From Vicinamibacteria bacterium (GTDB lineage Bacteria; Acidobacteriota; Vicinamibacteria; Marinacidobacterales; Marinacidobacteraceae): a stretch of 64,000 nt of DNA. The position numbers were made by a program, and so were the translations under genes. This document shows positions 53,361 through 62,908 of the stretch, piece after piece (position 1 is the first letter of the stretch; each line of letters starts with the position of its first letter). The stretch is taken from the NCBI GenBank assembly GCA_965232015.1, contig OZ246946.1, positions 60,688-124,687 on the forward strand, given 5' to 3'. Below the pieces are notes generated by a model. It had not been told where the DNA came from. It worked only from the letters and a program-made list of their open reading frames with translations, and searched no databases.

Positions 53361-54020
53361 TCAGTGCTCGCCTTCGCCCTCCACGACGAAGCCGAGGGTC
53401 AGCCCGTCCCAGACCCAGGCGACGGCCCAGCCCCCGGCGTCATCCTGGAACAGGACCGGCTCGGTAGGGCTCTCCCAGTTGGGGGCGAGGCTCATGACGC
53501 CCGGATGGCCGAGCCCGGTGGCCGCGAAGCTCATGATGTTGAGGTCGTCCTGACCCCAGCCCGCTTCCACCGCGGCATCCTCCGCCGCCGGAACGAGAAG
53601 CACGAAATCGAGGTGGACGGAGACACCCATGTGGTTCCCGTCCTCGGGTCGCATCCCGTAGCGGAGCGTGAACACATCGGGCTCGATCCGATTCCCCTTG
53701 TAGTCGGACCAGGTCGCGCTCGTGCGCACCGCGCCCACCAGGGTTCCCACGCCCAGTTCGGGGAAGGTCGTTCCACCACGGCCGGACTCCCCGGACGGGG
53801 TCTCGGCGAGGAACCAGAACTCCATGGTGTCGCCGGACGCCAGCGTGACCGTGAGGCCTTCAGGGTTCAGGACGCTTCGGATCTCTTCGGAGAGGGCTTC
53901 GGGGGGAGGGCCCGAGCCCGGCCCGAGCATGGGCTCATCGGCGGCGGACGCCCCGATGGCGGCGAACAATCCGGTGGCGACGGCCACCGCGCGAACACAC
54001 CTCATCCCCGAAGTCCTCAT
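53361..54020 (-). CDS. Hypothetical secreted protein
   Basis: 219 aa with signal peptide (VAVATGLFAAIGASA). Beta-rich composition. No family recognised. Confidence 0.55.
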   Translation of the reverse strand: MRTSGMRCVRAVAVATGLFAAIGASAADEPMLGPGSGPPPEALSEEIRSVLNPEGLTVTLASGDTMEFWFLAETPSGESGRGGTTFPELGVGTLVGAVRTSATWSDYKGNRIEPDVFTLRYGMRPEDGNHMGVSVHLDFVLLVPAAEDAAVEAGWGQDDLNIMSFAATGLGHPGVMSLAPNWESPTEPVLFQDDAGGWAVAWVWDGLTLGFVVEGEGEH

Positions 54021-54045
54021 CCCGTGGGAACGGTTCTCCGCCCGC

Positions 54046-54723
54046 TCAGCGGACGAAGCTGCCGAGGAACGCGCTCCGCTTCAGCGGGCAGCTCCACGTC
54101 GTGTTGAAGTCCTCACCCCGGAACGCGTGCGCTTCGGTGTAGGCGGGCATCGCTTCCGCGATCTCGGTCAGCGGCGGGTAATAGACGAACTCGCTGCCGC
54201 ACAGGTGGTCCTTGTGGGTGATCGCCCGGGTCCGGACTTCCACCAGCTCACCGGCGGTGAGCGAGGCGAAACCCGGCTCGCCGTCGAAGTCCGCCATCAC
54301 CGGCGCGTCCTGGACATTCAGGACATTCGAGAGCAGGTCCCCGCCGAGATCGTGCGCGAGGGCGATCAGCGCCGCGCGCTGGTCGGCATTCGCGGTGTCA
54401 TCCACGATGAGCACCGAGTCGGCAGGGTACGGGTCGGCGTGGGGATCGCCCAGCGTGGCCTGCGCCTTCACCACCGCGACGACCGAGAGGCCGCCCAGTT
54501 CGACGCCCTCCCAGGTCCCTTCGGCGATGTTCCAGGCGAGCACCGCCTCACTGCCGGTGAGGCCAACTTCGCTGTTCGCGAAGCAGTGTCCGGCATAGAC
54601 GTCCGCCGTCCGGGCCTCCAGGTACTGGCCCGAGAGAGCGGTATCAGCCTCTCCGCCGGCGAAACCGGCCGAAGCCAGCGCGAGCGCGAAAAGCGCCACG
54701 TTCAGGATGCGCGAAGCCTTCAT
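54046..54723 (-). CDS. Hypothetical secreted protein (conserved-hypothetical-like)
   Basis: 225 aa with a signal peptide. GQYLEARTADVYAGHCFANSE motif. I have an unverified recollection that this motif is DUF1326-like. Confidence 0.6.
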   Translation of the reverse strand: MKASRILNVALFALALASAGFAGGEADTALSGQYLEARTADVYAGHCFANSEVGLTGSEAVLAWNIAEGTWEGVELGGLSVVAVVKAQATLGDPHADPYPADSVLIVDDTANADQRAALIALAHDLGGDLLSNVLNVQDAPVMADFDGEPGFASLTAGELVEVRTRAITHKDHLCGSEFVYYPPLTEIAEAMPAYTEAHAFRGEDFNTTWSCPLKRSAFLGSFVR

Positions 54724-54799
54724 TGCAAACCTCCCCTGGACCGGCCAGCCCGTCCGCCCACCGAACGGGAACCGCCCCGGTCCCGCAGTTTATCAGTCG

Positions 54800-54958
54800 T
54801 ATGGAGCGCCGCACTATGGACCGCCCCAGTTCTCCCGGTGGGGGTTCTCCAGAGCGGCACGATGGAGCGCCGGTCATATGGAGCGACGGCCAACAGGTAG
54901 CGATTTGGAGCAGTTTGGTTTCCAAGTGCCGGACTGGAGTCCGGCGCTCCAACTACCA
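54800..54958. repeat. Repeat cluster R12
   Basis: GTATGGAGCGCC..., CCAGTTCTCCCGGTGGGGG, and a right end TGCCGGACTGGAGTCCGGCGCTCC (54927-54950) identical to the right arm of R7. Confidence 0.85.
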
Positions 54959-55228
54959 GGCGCGCTCGAAGCAGCCCCGCCCGGAGCCGTCGCTGCACGT
55001 CTCCTTCGTGGCTACCCGGCCGTCCGGGCCGAGGCAGTTCTGGGTGTGGGTGCACCAGAAGTAGCCGTCCCCGGGGACGCCGCCCGGCACCGTGGGGTCG
55101 TACTCCACGTCCATGTACATGGCCTTGGAGCGGAGGCGGTGGCACAGCGACAGCGCCGCGCGACCCGCAGCTCCCGGAACACCGCTGTTCAAGGCGGCGA
55201 CCGTCGTTCCTGCGTTCTTGGTGGCCAT
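54953..55228 (-). CDS. Small Cys-rich hypothetical protein (91 aa) downstream of the molybdoenzyme operon
   Basis: ATG at 55228 (cat 55226-55228) preceded by GGAGGG. 5 Cys (LCHRLRSK, YFWCTHTQNCLGPDG, CSDGSGRGCF). High GC3. Confidence 0.55.
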   Translation of the reverse strand: MATKNAGTTVAALNSGVPGAAGRAALSLCHRLRSKAMYMDVEYDPTVPGGVPGDGYFWCTHTQNCLGPDGRVATKETCSDGSGRGCFERAW

Positions 55229-55233
55229 CGTTC

Positions 55234-56184
55234 CTAGCCCTCCATGGCGGCCATGGCGGCCCGCTTCACCGCGACCCGCGTCAACTGGACCTTGTAGGCG
55301 TTCCCGGACAACGGGCTCGCCCCCTCGGCGGCGGCGTTTCCGGCCGCCGCGGCGCTCTCCTCCGAGAGGCCGCCGGCGAGCGCCGCGCCCGCCGCCGCGC
55401 TGACCCACGGCGTGGGAGCGACGTGGCCGAGCACCACCCGGGCCGAGCCGCCGGAGACGGCGACCGAGGCGGACACGAGGGGCCAGTCGAATCCCTTGCG
55501 ATTCCGCACGTCGTAGGTGGCGCTTTGCGCGCCGGCGGTCGGCAACGTGACCGCGGTCACGATCTCACCGGCCGCGAGCGTGAACTCGCTCTCGTCCGAG
55601 GACGCCGGAGTCCGGTAGAGCTCCTCGAGCGCCATCGTTCGCTCGCCGTCCGGCCCGGACACCGTGACCGACGCGCCGAGCGCGATGAGCGGCGGAGCCA
55701 GGCTTGACGTGTTCACGAACGCCGCGTCGCCGGCGTTGCCGAAGATCGCGTGGTAGCGGTTGTCCCCGATCTTCGCCATGGACTGGCCCTCGTGCATCGG
55801 GACCAGTCCGAACCCGGACCGGAAATACCAGCAACGAGGCCGCTGGCACAGGTCGCCGCCGACGGTGCGCATGTTGACGACCTGGCGGCTGCCGACGCCG
55901 GCGATGGCGTGCGCCACGGCCGGATACGACTCCCGGATCGTCGGGTTCTCCTCGAGCGCCGCCAGCCGGGTGGTGGCCCCGATTCGGAATCCGCCGTCGG
56001 TCCGGTGAGCGCCCTCGAGATCCCGGATCCCCTTCAGATTCACGAGGCGCGACGGCGAGGCCGCCCCGTCCTTCATCAGACTGAGGAGGTCCGTTCCTCC
56101 GGCGAGCGCGACCGCGCCGTCGTCGGCGAGCATCGCCACCGCGTCGGCGACGGTCTTCGGACTGGTGTACTCGAAGGCGCGCAT
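55234..56184 (-). CDS. Xanthine-dehydrogenase-family FAD-binding medium subunit (CoxM/PaoB-like)
   Basis: MRAFEYTSP..., LAGGTDLLSLMK (FAD_binding_5), and the CO-dehydrogenase flavoprotein C-terminal region. Confidence 0.9.
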   Translation of the reverse strand: MRAFEYTSPKTVADAVAMLADDGAVALAGGTDLLSLMKDGAASPSRLVNLKGIRDLEGAHRTDGGFRIGATTRLAALEENPTIRESYPAVAHAIAGVGSRQVVNMRTVGGDLCQRPRCWYFRSGFGLVPMHEGQSMAKIGDNRYHAIFGNAGDAAFVNTSSLAPPLIALGASVTVSGPDGERTMALEELYRTPASSDESEFTLAAGEIVTAVTLPTAGAQSATYDVRNRKGFDWPLVSASVAVSGGSARVVLGHVAPTPWVSAAAGAALAGGLSEESAAAAGNAAAEGASPLSGNAYKVQLTRVAVKRAAMAAMEG

Positions 56185-58310
56185 CAGGCCATTCCTCCCG
56201 CTTCGATGGCGGCGAGCACCCGCTCGGGGGTCATCGGCATCTCGTTGATCGGAACTCCGGCGGCGTTCGAGGCGGCATTCGCGATCGCCGCTCCCGGAGC
56301 GATGACCGGCGGTTCACCCAGCCCGATCACGCCGCGCTCGTCGTAGCCCGGACCGGTCATCATGTGGACGATCATCTCGCCCACGTCCGCGATCCCGGCC
56401 AGCTTGTAGAACTCCATGTCGGCGTTCAGCATGCGGCCGGTCACCGGATCGAAGACGCGCTCCTCGGTGAGGGCGTAGGTGACGCCCATGATGAGCGCGC
56501 CGTACACCTGGCTCTCGGCGGTCTTCAGATCGAGCACCAGCCCGCAGTCCTGGACCGCGACCAGCCGGTTGATCCCGACCACGCCGGTTTCCATGTCCAC
56601 GCTCACGTCGGCCATCTGAACGCCGCCGACGCCGCTGTCGGTGAGCGCACCCGGTCCCGGGTTGGCGCCCGCGGCCGTCACCGGGTTCACTCCGATGAGC
56701 GCCGCCGCCTGCTTCCACGGCATCGCGGACTGGGAACCGTCCTCGAAGTGGAGCATCCCGTCGCGGAGGCGCAGGTTCATCGGATCGGTTCCGAGTCTCG
56801 GCCCGATCCGCTCGAAGACCGCTTCCGCGGCGTTCAGGGCCGCCCGCCGGGTGGCGCCGCTGACGCCTCCGACGGTGGTGCTGCCCCCCGACGCGCCGGA
56901 GGTCGGCAGGACGCTCCGCCCCATGGTCACCTTGACCTGCTCGATCCCGAGCCCGAAGGTCTCGGCGAGGACGAGCGCGATCACGGTGCGGGTTCCGGTC
57001 CCGAGATCCTGGCTGCCGATCCGGGCCTCGACCAGCCCGTCCCGGTAGGCGATGACCTCGCAGTTGCTCCGGTGCCCGCGGCCGCCCCAGGTGTGGAGCG
57101 CGAGTCCGAGACCGCGGCGCATCGTTCCGGTGGCGGCGCCCCGGGGACGCCACCGGTCGCGCCAGCCCATGAGTTCGGCGCCCTTCTCGAGCTCCTCCAC
57201 GTAGGTCTGCGCCCGGTCGCCGGTGCGCTCGATGTTCTTCAGGAAGAAGTCGAGCGGATCCATCCCCGCCGTGTGGGCGAGGTCCTCCAGCGCGCGCATC
57301 GTGACGAAGCACGCTTGCGGATGGTTGGGCGCCCGCCAGGCCCGCGCCGGTCCGGTATTCGTCGGAACCGAGGTGTGGGCGTGGGTCTGGTTGTCGAATC
57401 CGAAGACGTAGGGGATCGGTGGCGAACCGGCGCCCGCCGGACCGCCCGAGCCCCAGCTCTTCGAACTCCACGCGACCACATTCCCGTCGGCGTCGCAGCC
57501 CGCCATGACCTCGCTGTGGGTCGAGGGTCGCGCCCCCGCCACGCTGACTTCCTGATCGCGGTCGAGCATCAGCTTGACCGGGCGGCCGGTCATCCGCGCC
57601 AGCTCCACTCCCACGACGCCCCAGCGGTCCGCGCTGAACTTGCTGCCGAACCCGCCGCCCATGTACTGGGTCTCGACGTGGACGTTCGAGGCCGGGATGC
57701 CGATGGCTTCGCCGAGCTGCGAGGCGACGCCGGAGATGGCCTGGGTCGAAGCCCAGACGGTCACGTTCTCGGCGTCCTCCCATTCCGCGACCTGCCCATG
57801 GGACTCCAGCGAGCAGTGCGCGATCTGGGCGGCGTGGTAGGAGCCCTCCGACCGATGGGCGGCGGAGGCGAGCGCCGCTTCCGGATCGCCGGTGGTCTCG
57901 GCCTGCGCCGCCTGCGCGTCGGGCGCGTCGTCCACCATGCGCTCGTTCACGAAGTGCGGGAGCACCTCGTAATCCACCTTCACCGCGGCGGCGCCGTCGC
58001 GAGCGGCCTCTTCCGAGGTCGCCGCCACCGCCACGATCTCGTCGTGCGCCCACTGGATCTCGGCGCCGACATCCTGGATGATGTGGACCCGGACGACCCC
58101 CGGCACCGCCTCGGCCGCCGAAGTGTCGATCCCGGTGATCCGGGCGTGCGCGTGCGGGCTCTGCACCATGATCGCCCACAGCATCCCGAGGCGGTTCATG
58201 TCGTAGGGGTACTTCGCCCGGCCGGTTGTCTTGACCGGTCCGTCGAGTCGGCTCAGCCGGGTGCCGATCAGTCGGCGATCCGCTGCGGCGGGCCAGATGT
58301 ACTCAGGCAT
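56184..58310 (-). CDS. Xanthine-dehydrogenase-family molybdopterin-binding large subunit (CoxL/PaoC-like)
   Basis: ATG at 58310 preceded by GGAGGAGGA. RLDGPVKTTGRAKY, GGGFGSK and the C-terminal GLGEPPVIAPGAAIANA. Confidence 0.9.
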   Translation of the reverse strand: MPEYIWPAAADRRLIGTRLSRLDGPVKTTGRAKYPYDMNRLGMLWAIMVQSPHAHARITGIDTSAAEAVPGVVRVHIIQDVGAEIQWAHDEIVAVAATSEEAARDGAAAVKVDYEVLPHFVNERMVDDAPDAQAAQAETTGDPEAALASAAHRSEGSYHAAQIAHCSLESHGQVAEWEDAENVTVWASTQAISGVASQLGEAIGIPASNVHVETQYMGGGFGSKFSADRWGVVGVELARMTGRPVKLMLDRDQEVSVAGARPSTHSEVMAGCDADGNVVAWSSKSWGSGGPAGAGSPPIPYVFGFDNQTHAHTSVPTNTGPARAWRAPNHPQACFVTMRALEDLAHTAGMDPLDFFLKNIERTGDRAQTYVEELEKGAELMGWRDRWRPRGAATGTMRRGLGLALHTWGGRGHRSNCEVIAYRDGLVEARIGSQDLGTGTRTVIALVLAETFGLGIEQVKVTMGRSVLPTSGASGGSTTVGGVSGATRRAALNAAEAVFERIGPRLGTDPMNLRLRDGMLHFEDGSQSAMPWKQAAALIGVNPVTAAGANPGPGALTDSGVGGVQMADVSVDMETGVVGINRLVAVQDCGLVLDLKTAESQVYGALIMGVTYALTEERVFDPVTGRMLNADMEFYKLAGIADVGEMIVHMMTGPGYDERGVIGLGEPPVIAPGAAIANAASNAAGVPINEMPMTPERVLAAIEAGGMA

Positions 58311-58974
58311 GGTTTCCTCCTCCGACCTGCGCCACCGCGGCGCGAACGCCGGCGTAGGTGCCGCAGCGGCACAGGTTGCCGCCGAGCTCCTTGTGGACCG
58401 TGTCCTGATCCGGGTTGTCGTGCCGCGCGAGCAGCGCCGCGCTCGCGACGACGAACCCCGGCGTGCAGAAGCCGCACTGCTGGCCATCGTTGTCCACGAA
58501 CGCCTGCTGGATCGGATGCATGTTCTCCGGCGAACCGAGCCCCTCGACGGTCGTGATCTCGGAGCCCTGAACCTCAATCGCGAGCACCGAGCAGGCATAG
58601 ACGGGCTGCCCGTTCATGAGCACCGTGCAGGCCCCGCAGGTGCCCCGATCGCAGACCTTCTTGGCCCCGGTCAGATCGAGGTGATTCCGCAGCGCGTCGA
58701 GCAGCGTGACGCGGGGCTCGAGGGTGGCCACGTGCGCCTTCCCGTTGATCGAGAAGGCCATGTCCACCGCACCGGGACCGGCCACGCCGGGTCCGTCCTG
58801 CGCTTCCGCTTCCTGAAGGAAGCCCGGCAGCAGACCGGCCGAGGCCGCTCCCGCCGCTGCGCTGCCGCGCAGGAACTGGCGGCGCGAAAAGCCGCTGCCA
58901 CGTCCCGGGTCCGCATCCTCGGACCGGACCGCTTCCTGGGGAGGCGGCACCTTCGGAACCCTCGATTCAGCCAT
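58303..58974 (-). CDS. Tat-signal [2Fe-2S] small subunit of the molybdoenzyme (CoxS/PaoA-like)
   Basis: ATG at 58974. SRRQFLRGSAAAG twin-arginine signal. CDRGTCGACTV and QCGFCTPG...CRCGTY iron-sulfur motifs. Confidence 0.9.
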   Translation of the reverse strand: MAESRVPKVPPPQEAVRSEDADPGRGSGFSRRQFLRGSAAAGAASAGLLPGFLQEAEAQDGPGVAGPGAVDMAFSINGKAHVATLEPRVTLLDALRNHLDLTGAKKVCDRGTCGACTVLMNGQPVYACSVLAIEVQGSEITTVEGLGSPENMHPIQQAFVDNDGQQCGFCTPGFVVASAALLARHDNPDQDTVHKELGGNLCRCGTYAGVRAAVAQVGGGNHA

Positions 58975-59072
58975 GGAAATCCCTCCCGACCGGCATCCTG
59001 ATAGGTCTTCGACTATACCAGCGGAGGGCCGTTCGGAGCGCCGGCCAGCCTGTCGTACCGTTCCGGTATCCG

Positions 59073-59399
59073 ATGCGCTCCGCCCGGGTCGGCGATGTGG
59101 TTGCCGACGTTCTGCCCCCCGCGCTCCAGCGCCGTCTCCTCGATCTCCCCGGCCTTCTCGATGCCTGGCCGGAGGCGCCCGGAGAGCTGCGTCGGATCGC
59201 GCGTCCCGGCTTCTTTCAGGACGGCGTCCTGACCGTGTTCGTCCCCGACCCGGCCGCCGCGGCCATCGTGAACCGCGACCGCGCGAGATTGCGGGGCGCC
59301 CTGCTTCGCGCCCTCCACCTGCCCCGGGCCCGTCTCCGGATCTCCGTCGTGGTGAACCCGGTGGTGTTCGGGCCCGAGAGCGAGACCACCCCCCGATGA
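59073..59399 (+). CDS. DUF721 (DciA-like) protein
   Basis: 108 aa. VGDVVADVL...W...G..LRRIARPGFFQDGVLTVFVPDPAAAAIV pattern typical of DUF721. The stop overlaps the thiolase start (ATGA). Confidence 0.65.
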   Translation: MRSARVGDVVADVLPPALQRRLLDLPGLLDAWPEAPGELRRIARPGFFQDGVLTVFVPDPAAAAIVNRDRARLRGALLRALHLPRARLRISVVVNPVVFGPESETTPR

Positions 59400-60607
59400 G
59401 CGCGCCCATCTGGATCTCGTCCGCCGTCCGCACCCCGATCGGGCGCTTCCTCGGCGGACTGTCCCCGTTGCCCGCAACCCGCCTCGGGGCGGTGGCGATC
59501 CGGGAGGCCGTCGCCCGCGCCGGTGCGCCGGAGACCGCGGTCGAAGAAGTGATCGTCGGGAACGTCCTGAGCGCCGGCCTCGGCCAGAACCCGGCGCGGC
59601 AGGCGGCGCTCGGGGCCGGGCTCCCACCCTCGGTGGGGGCGTTCACCGTGAACAAGGTGTGCGGCTCCGGGCTCAAGGCGGTCATGCTGGCGCGCCAGGC
59701 GATCCGCGCCGGCGACGCCGGGCTCATCGCCGCCGGGGGCATGGAATCCATGTCGAACGCCGCCCACCTCGTCCCGGGTCTGCGCACCGGACAGCGTCTG
59801 GGCGATGCCGAGCTGGTGGACTCGATGCTGCGCGACGGGCTGACCGACGCCTTCACCGGGATTCACATGGGCGAGACCGCGGAACGCGCCGCCGACCGCT
59901 ACCGCGTGACCCGGGAGGAGATGGACGCCGCCGCTGTCGAGAGCCACCGTCGCGCCGCCGCCGCCGCGGCCGCCGGGTGGTTCGACGCCGAGCTCGTCCC
60001 GGTGGACGTCGAGACCCGGCGGGGGACCGTGACCGTGTCCGCCGACGAGTCGGTGCGCCCGGCCGCCACCGGGTCCGATCTCGCCCGATTGCGGCCGGCG
60101 TTCCGCCGGGACGGACGGGTCACCGCCGGGAACGCGTCCTCGATCAGCGACGGGGCCGCCGCGGTCGTGGTCGCGTCCGACGCGGCCGTTCGCGAGCATG
60201 ACCTGCCGCGGCTGGCCCGGATCGTGGGGCAGGCGGTGTCCGGGCTCGAGCCGGAGTGGGTCATGATGACCCCGGTCCCGGCGGTTCGGGCGCTCCTCGA
60301 ACGGCTCGGCTGGAGCGCCGATTCGGTCGGGTCGTTCGAGATCAACGAGGCCTTCGCCGGACAGGCGGTCGCGGTCCGGCGAGAGCTCGGTCTGCCTACC
60401 GACCGGGTGAATCCGAACGGCGGCGCCGTCGCGCTCGGCCACCCGATTGGAGCGAGCGGCGCCCGGGTGCTCGTCACGCTCGTCCACACGATGCGCCGGC
60501 GGGGGCTCGAACGCGGGATCGCGAGCCTCTGCCTCGGCGGCGGCAACGGCGTGGCGCTGGCGCTCGAGGCTTCGCCCGCGCCCGCGGACACCGGGAGAAC
60601 ACGATGA
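59396..60607 (+). CDS. Acetyl-CoA C-acetyltransferase (thiolase II)
   Basis: [12 protein letters not shown] (active-site Cys), [26 protein letters not shown] and CLGGGNGVA. Confidence 0.9.
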   Translation: MSAPIWISSAVRTPIGRFLGGLSPLPATRLGAVAIREAVARAGAPETAVEEVIVGNVLSAGLGQNPARQAALGAGLPPSVGAFTVNKVCGSGLKAVMLARQAIRAGDAGLIAAGGMESMSNAAHLVPGLRTGQRLGDAELVDSMLRDGLTDAFTGIHMGETAERAADRYRVTREEMDAAAVESHRRAAAAAAAGWFDAELVPVDVETRRGTVTVSADESVRPAATGSDLARLRPAFRRDGRVTAGNASSISDGAAAVVVASDAAVREHDLPRLARIVGQAVSGLEPEWVMMTPVPAVRALLERLGWSADSVGSFEINEAFAGQAVAVRRELGLPTDRVNPNGGAVALGHPIGASGARVLVTLVHTMRRRGLERGIASLCLGGGNGVALALEASPAPADTGRTR

Positions 60608-61473
60608 CCCAACCCGACTCCGGCGCTCCGATCCTCGTCATCGGCGCCGGCACCATGGGCAACGGGATCGCCCACGCCTTCGCCGTCTCCGGCTTCGAGG
60701 TCCGGCTGGTGGATCTCGCCGACGACTTCCTCTCCCGCGGCATGGGCGTCATCCGCCGGAACCTCGGCCGCCAGGTCAGGAAGGGCGTCCTCGACGGGGA
60801 CGCGGCGGAGGCGGCGCTGGCCCGGATCCGACCCGGCACCGACCTCGACGCGGCAAGCGATTGCGGATTCGCGGTCGAGGCGATCGTGGAGGACGAGGCG
60901 AAGAAGACCGCGCTCTACCGCACGCTGGCGCCGCTCCTCCCCGAGTCCGCCGTGCTGGCTTCCAATACCTCCTCGATCTCCATCACCCGCCTCGGCGCGG
61001 CCTCGGGCCGGCCCGACCGGTTCATCGGGATGCACTTCATGAACCCGGTGCCGGTGATGCGGCTCGTCGAGGTGATCCGCGGTCTCGACACCTCGGCTCC
61101 GACCTTCGAGACGACCATGGCCCTCGCCCGACGGCTGGGCAAGACGCCCTGCGCGGTGAACGACGCCCCCGGTTTCGTCGCCAACCGGGTCCTCATCCCG
61201 ATGATCAACGAGGCCGCCGGCGCTCTCATGGAGGGAGTCGGGACCGCGGAGGACATAGATCGCATCATGCGGCTCGGGATGCGGCATCCGATGGGGCCGC
61301 TCGCGCTCGCCGATCTGATCGGGCTCGACGTCGTGCTGGACATCCTCCGGGTCCTCCAGGACGGTTACGGCGATCCCCGCTACCGTCCCTGTCCTCTCAT
61401 CGTCCGGCTCGTGGACGCCGGCCGCCTGGGCCGGAAGACCGGGCGCGGCTTCTTCGACTACTCCGAGTCCTGA
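60604..61473 (+). CDS. hbd: 3-hydroxybutyryl-CoA dehydrogenase
   Basis: ATG overlaps the thiolase stop (ATGA). [12 protein letters not shown] Rossmann motif, [18 protein letters not shown], and [11 protein letters not shown] with a [13 protein letters not shown]-domain. Confidence 0.9.
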   Translation: MTQPDSGAPILVIGAGTMGNGIAHAFAVSGFEVRLVDLADDFLSRGMGVIRRNLGRQVRKGVLDGDAAEAALARIRPGTDLDAASDCGFAVEAIVEDEAKKTALYRTLAPLLPESAVLASNTSSISITRLGAASGRPDRFIGMHFMNPVPVMRLVEVIRGLDTSAPTFETTMALARRLGKTPCAVNDAPGFVANRVLIPMINEAAGALMEGVGTAEDIDRIMRLGMRHPMGPLALADLIGLDVVLDILRVLQDGYGDPRYRPCPLIVRLVDAGRLGRKTGRGFFDYSES

Positions 61474-61485
61474 CGATGCCCCCGT

Positions 61486-61507
61486 CGAACCCCTCGTGGT
61501 TCGTTTT
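61486..61507 (+). terminator. Weak intrinsic-terminator-like hairpin after hbd
   Basis: CGAACC-CCTCGT-GGTTCG followed by TTTT. Only a 6-bp stem. Confidence 0.35.
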
Positions 61508-61589
61508 CGTCAGAATTCCGTTCTGAACGGGAGAGCCCGTCAGCGCGCGCTCCGCCGCCGCCATCCCCTTTCCCCAGGAGCCCTTTCCC

Positions 61590-62633
61590 ATGCCCCGGAA
61601 GCCCCGCCCCCGCACCGGACGGCCCGCCGACCGCACCCGCGCCCTCGCCATCGCTCTCGGCCAGATCGAGAAGAACCATGGCCGCGGCGCCATCATGAAA
61701 CTCGGGTCCGGCGCGATGAACGTGTCGGCCATCCCCACCGGCTGCCTGTCGGTGGACGCCGCCCTCGGGGTCGGGGGCTTCCCGCGCGGCCGCGTGGTGG
61801 AGGTGTTCGGGCCCGAGTCCTCGGGCAAGACGACTCTCGCTCTCCACGTGGTCGCGCAGGCCCAGGCCGCCGGCGGCGTCGCCGCGTTCGTGGACGCCGA
61901 GCACGCCCTCGATCCCGAGTACTCGGGCGCGCTCGGCGTGGACACTGACGAGCTGCTGGTCTCCCAGCCCGACGACGGCGAGCAGGCGCTCGAGATCACC
62001 GAGACGCTCGTCCGCAGCGGGTCGGTGGACATCGTCGTCGTGGACTCGGTGGCCGCGCTCGTGCCGCGGGCCGAACTCGACGGCGAGATGGGGGATTCCC
62101 AGGTCGGCCTCCAGGCGCGGCTCATGTCGAAGGCGATGCGGAAACTGACCGGAGTCATCTCCAAGTCCGAGACCTGCCTGGTGTTCATCAACCAGTTGCG
62201 CGAGAAGATCGGCGTCATGTTCGGCAGCCCGGAGACCACGAGCGGGGGTCGGGCGCTCAAGTTCTACGCCTCGGTGCGGGTGGACATCCGCCGGATCGGG
62301 GCCCTGAAGGAGGGCGACCAGATCGTGGGCAACCGCACCCGGGTCAAGATCGTGAAGAACAAGGTGGCCCCGCCGTTCCGCCAGGCGGAGTTCGACATCC
62401 GGTATGGGGAGGGGATGTGCCGGGTCGGCGACCTGATGGACCTCGCGGTCAAGAACCGGATCATCGAGAAGAGCGGGGCGTGGTACTCCTACGGGGGCGA
62501 GCAGATCGGGCAGGGCAAGGCGAAGGTCCGTCGCACCCTGCTCGAGGACGAGCCGCTCGTCGCCGAGATCGAGGGCAAGGTCCGCAAGGCGCTGGGGATC
62601 GGGGGCCCGGAGGACGAGAAGGAGCCCGGATGA
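61590..62633 (+). CDS. recA: Recombinase A
   Basis: [13 protein letters not shown] (Walker A), VVVDSVAAL, the [12 protein letters not shown] loop, [32 protein letters not shown]. Confidence 0.95.
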   Translation: MPRKPRPRTGRPADRTRALAIALGQIEKNHGRGAIMKLGSGAMNVSAIPTGCLSVDAALGVGGFPRGRVVEVFGPESSGKTTLALHVVAQAQAAGGVAAFVDAEHALDPEYSGALGVDTDELLVSQPDDGEQALEITETLVRSGSVDIVVVDSVAALVPRAELDGEMGDSQVGLQARLMSKAMRKLTGVISKSETCLVFINQLREKIGVMFGSPETTSGGRALKFYASVRVDIRRIGALKEGDQIVGNRTRVKIVKNKVAPPFRQAEFDIRYGEGMCRVGDLMDLAVKNRIIEKSGAWYSYGGEQIGQGKAKVRRTLLEDEPLVAEIEGKVRKALGIGGPEDEKEPG

Positions 62634-62665
62634 GGGCTTGATGTGGCAGACTTCCGGGCCGCGTC

Positions 62666-62738
<73 letters not shown>

Positions 62739-62740
62739 CG

Positions 62741-62860
62741 CGGCTGTGGAGCGTCGGGGGCGTGGCCCGCATGGGCCGCCCTCGGCATGGAGCACCCGCC
62801 CTGTGGAGCGCCCCGGTTCTCCCGGTAGGGGTTTTCCGGAGCGGCGCCATGCACCGCCGG
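62741..62860. repeat. Repeat cluster R13 (degenerate)
   Basis: GTGGAGCG..., CATGGAGCAC..., TGTGGAGCGCCCCGGTTCTCCCGGTAGGGG. Confidence 0.6.
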
Positions 62861-62908
62861 GGAGTCCCGGTTCGATGACCCCGAGTCGGAGCTCGCAGCA
62901 CCGGTACC

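Noticed and set aside
56364-58556. 730-aa plus-strand ORF and the 621-aa minus ORF 56314..58179
   Set aside because: They overlap the molybdopterin subunit gene in other frames. They are R/G/D/H-rich with no motifs.
59216-61287. Minus-strand ORFs 59216..60487 and 59899..61287, and 61397..62795 antisense to recA
   Set aside because: They are antisense to the unambiguous thiolase, hbd and recA genes.
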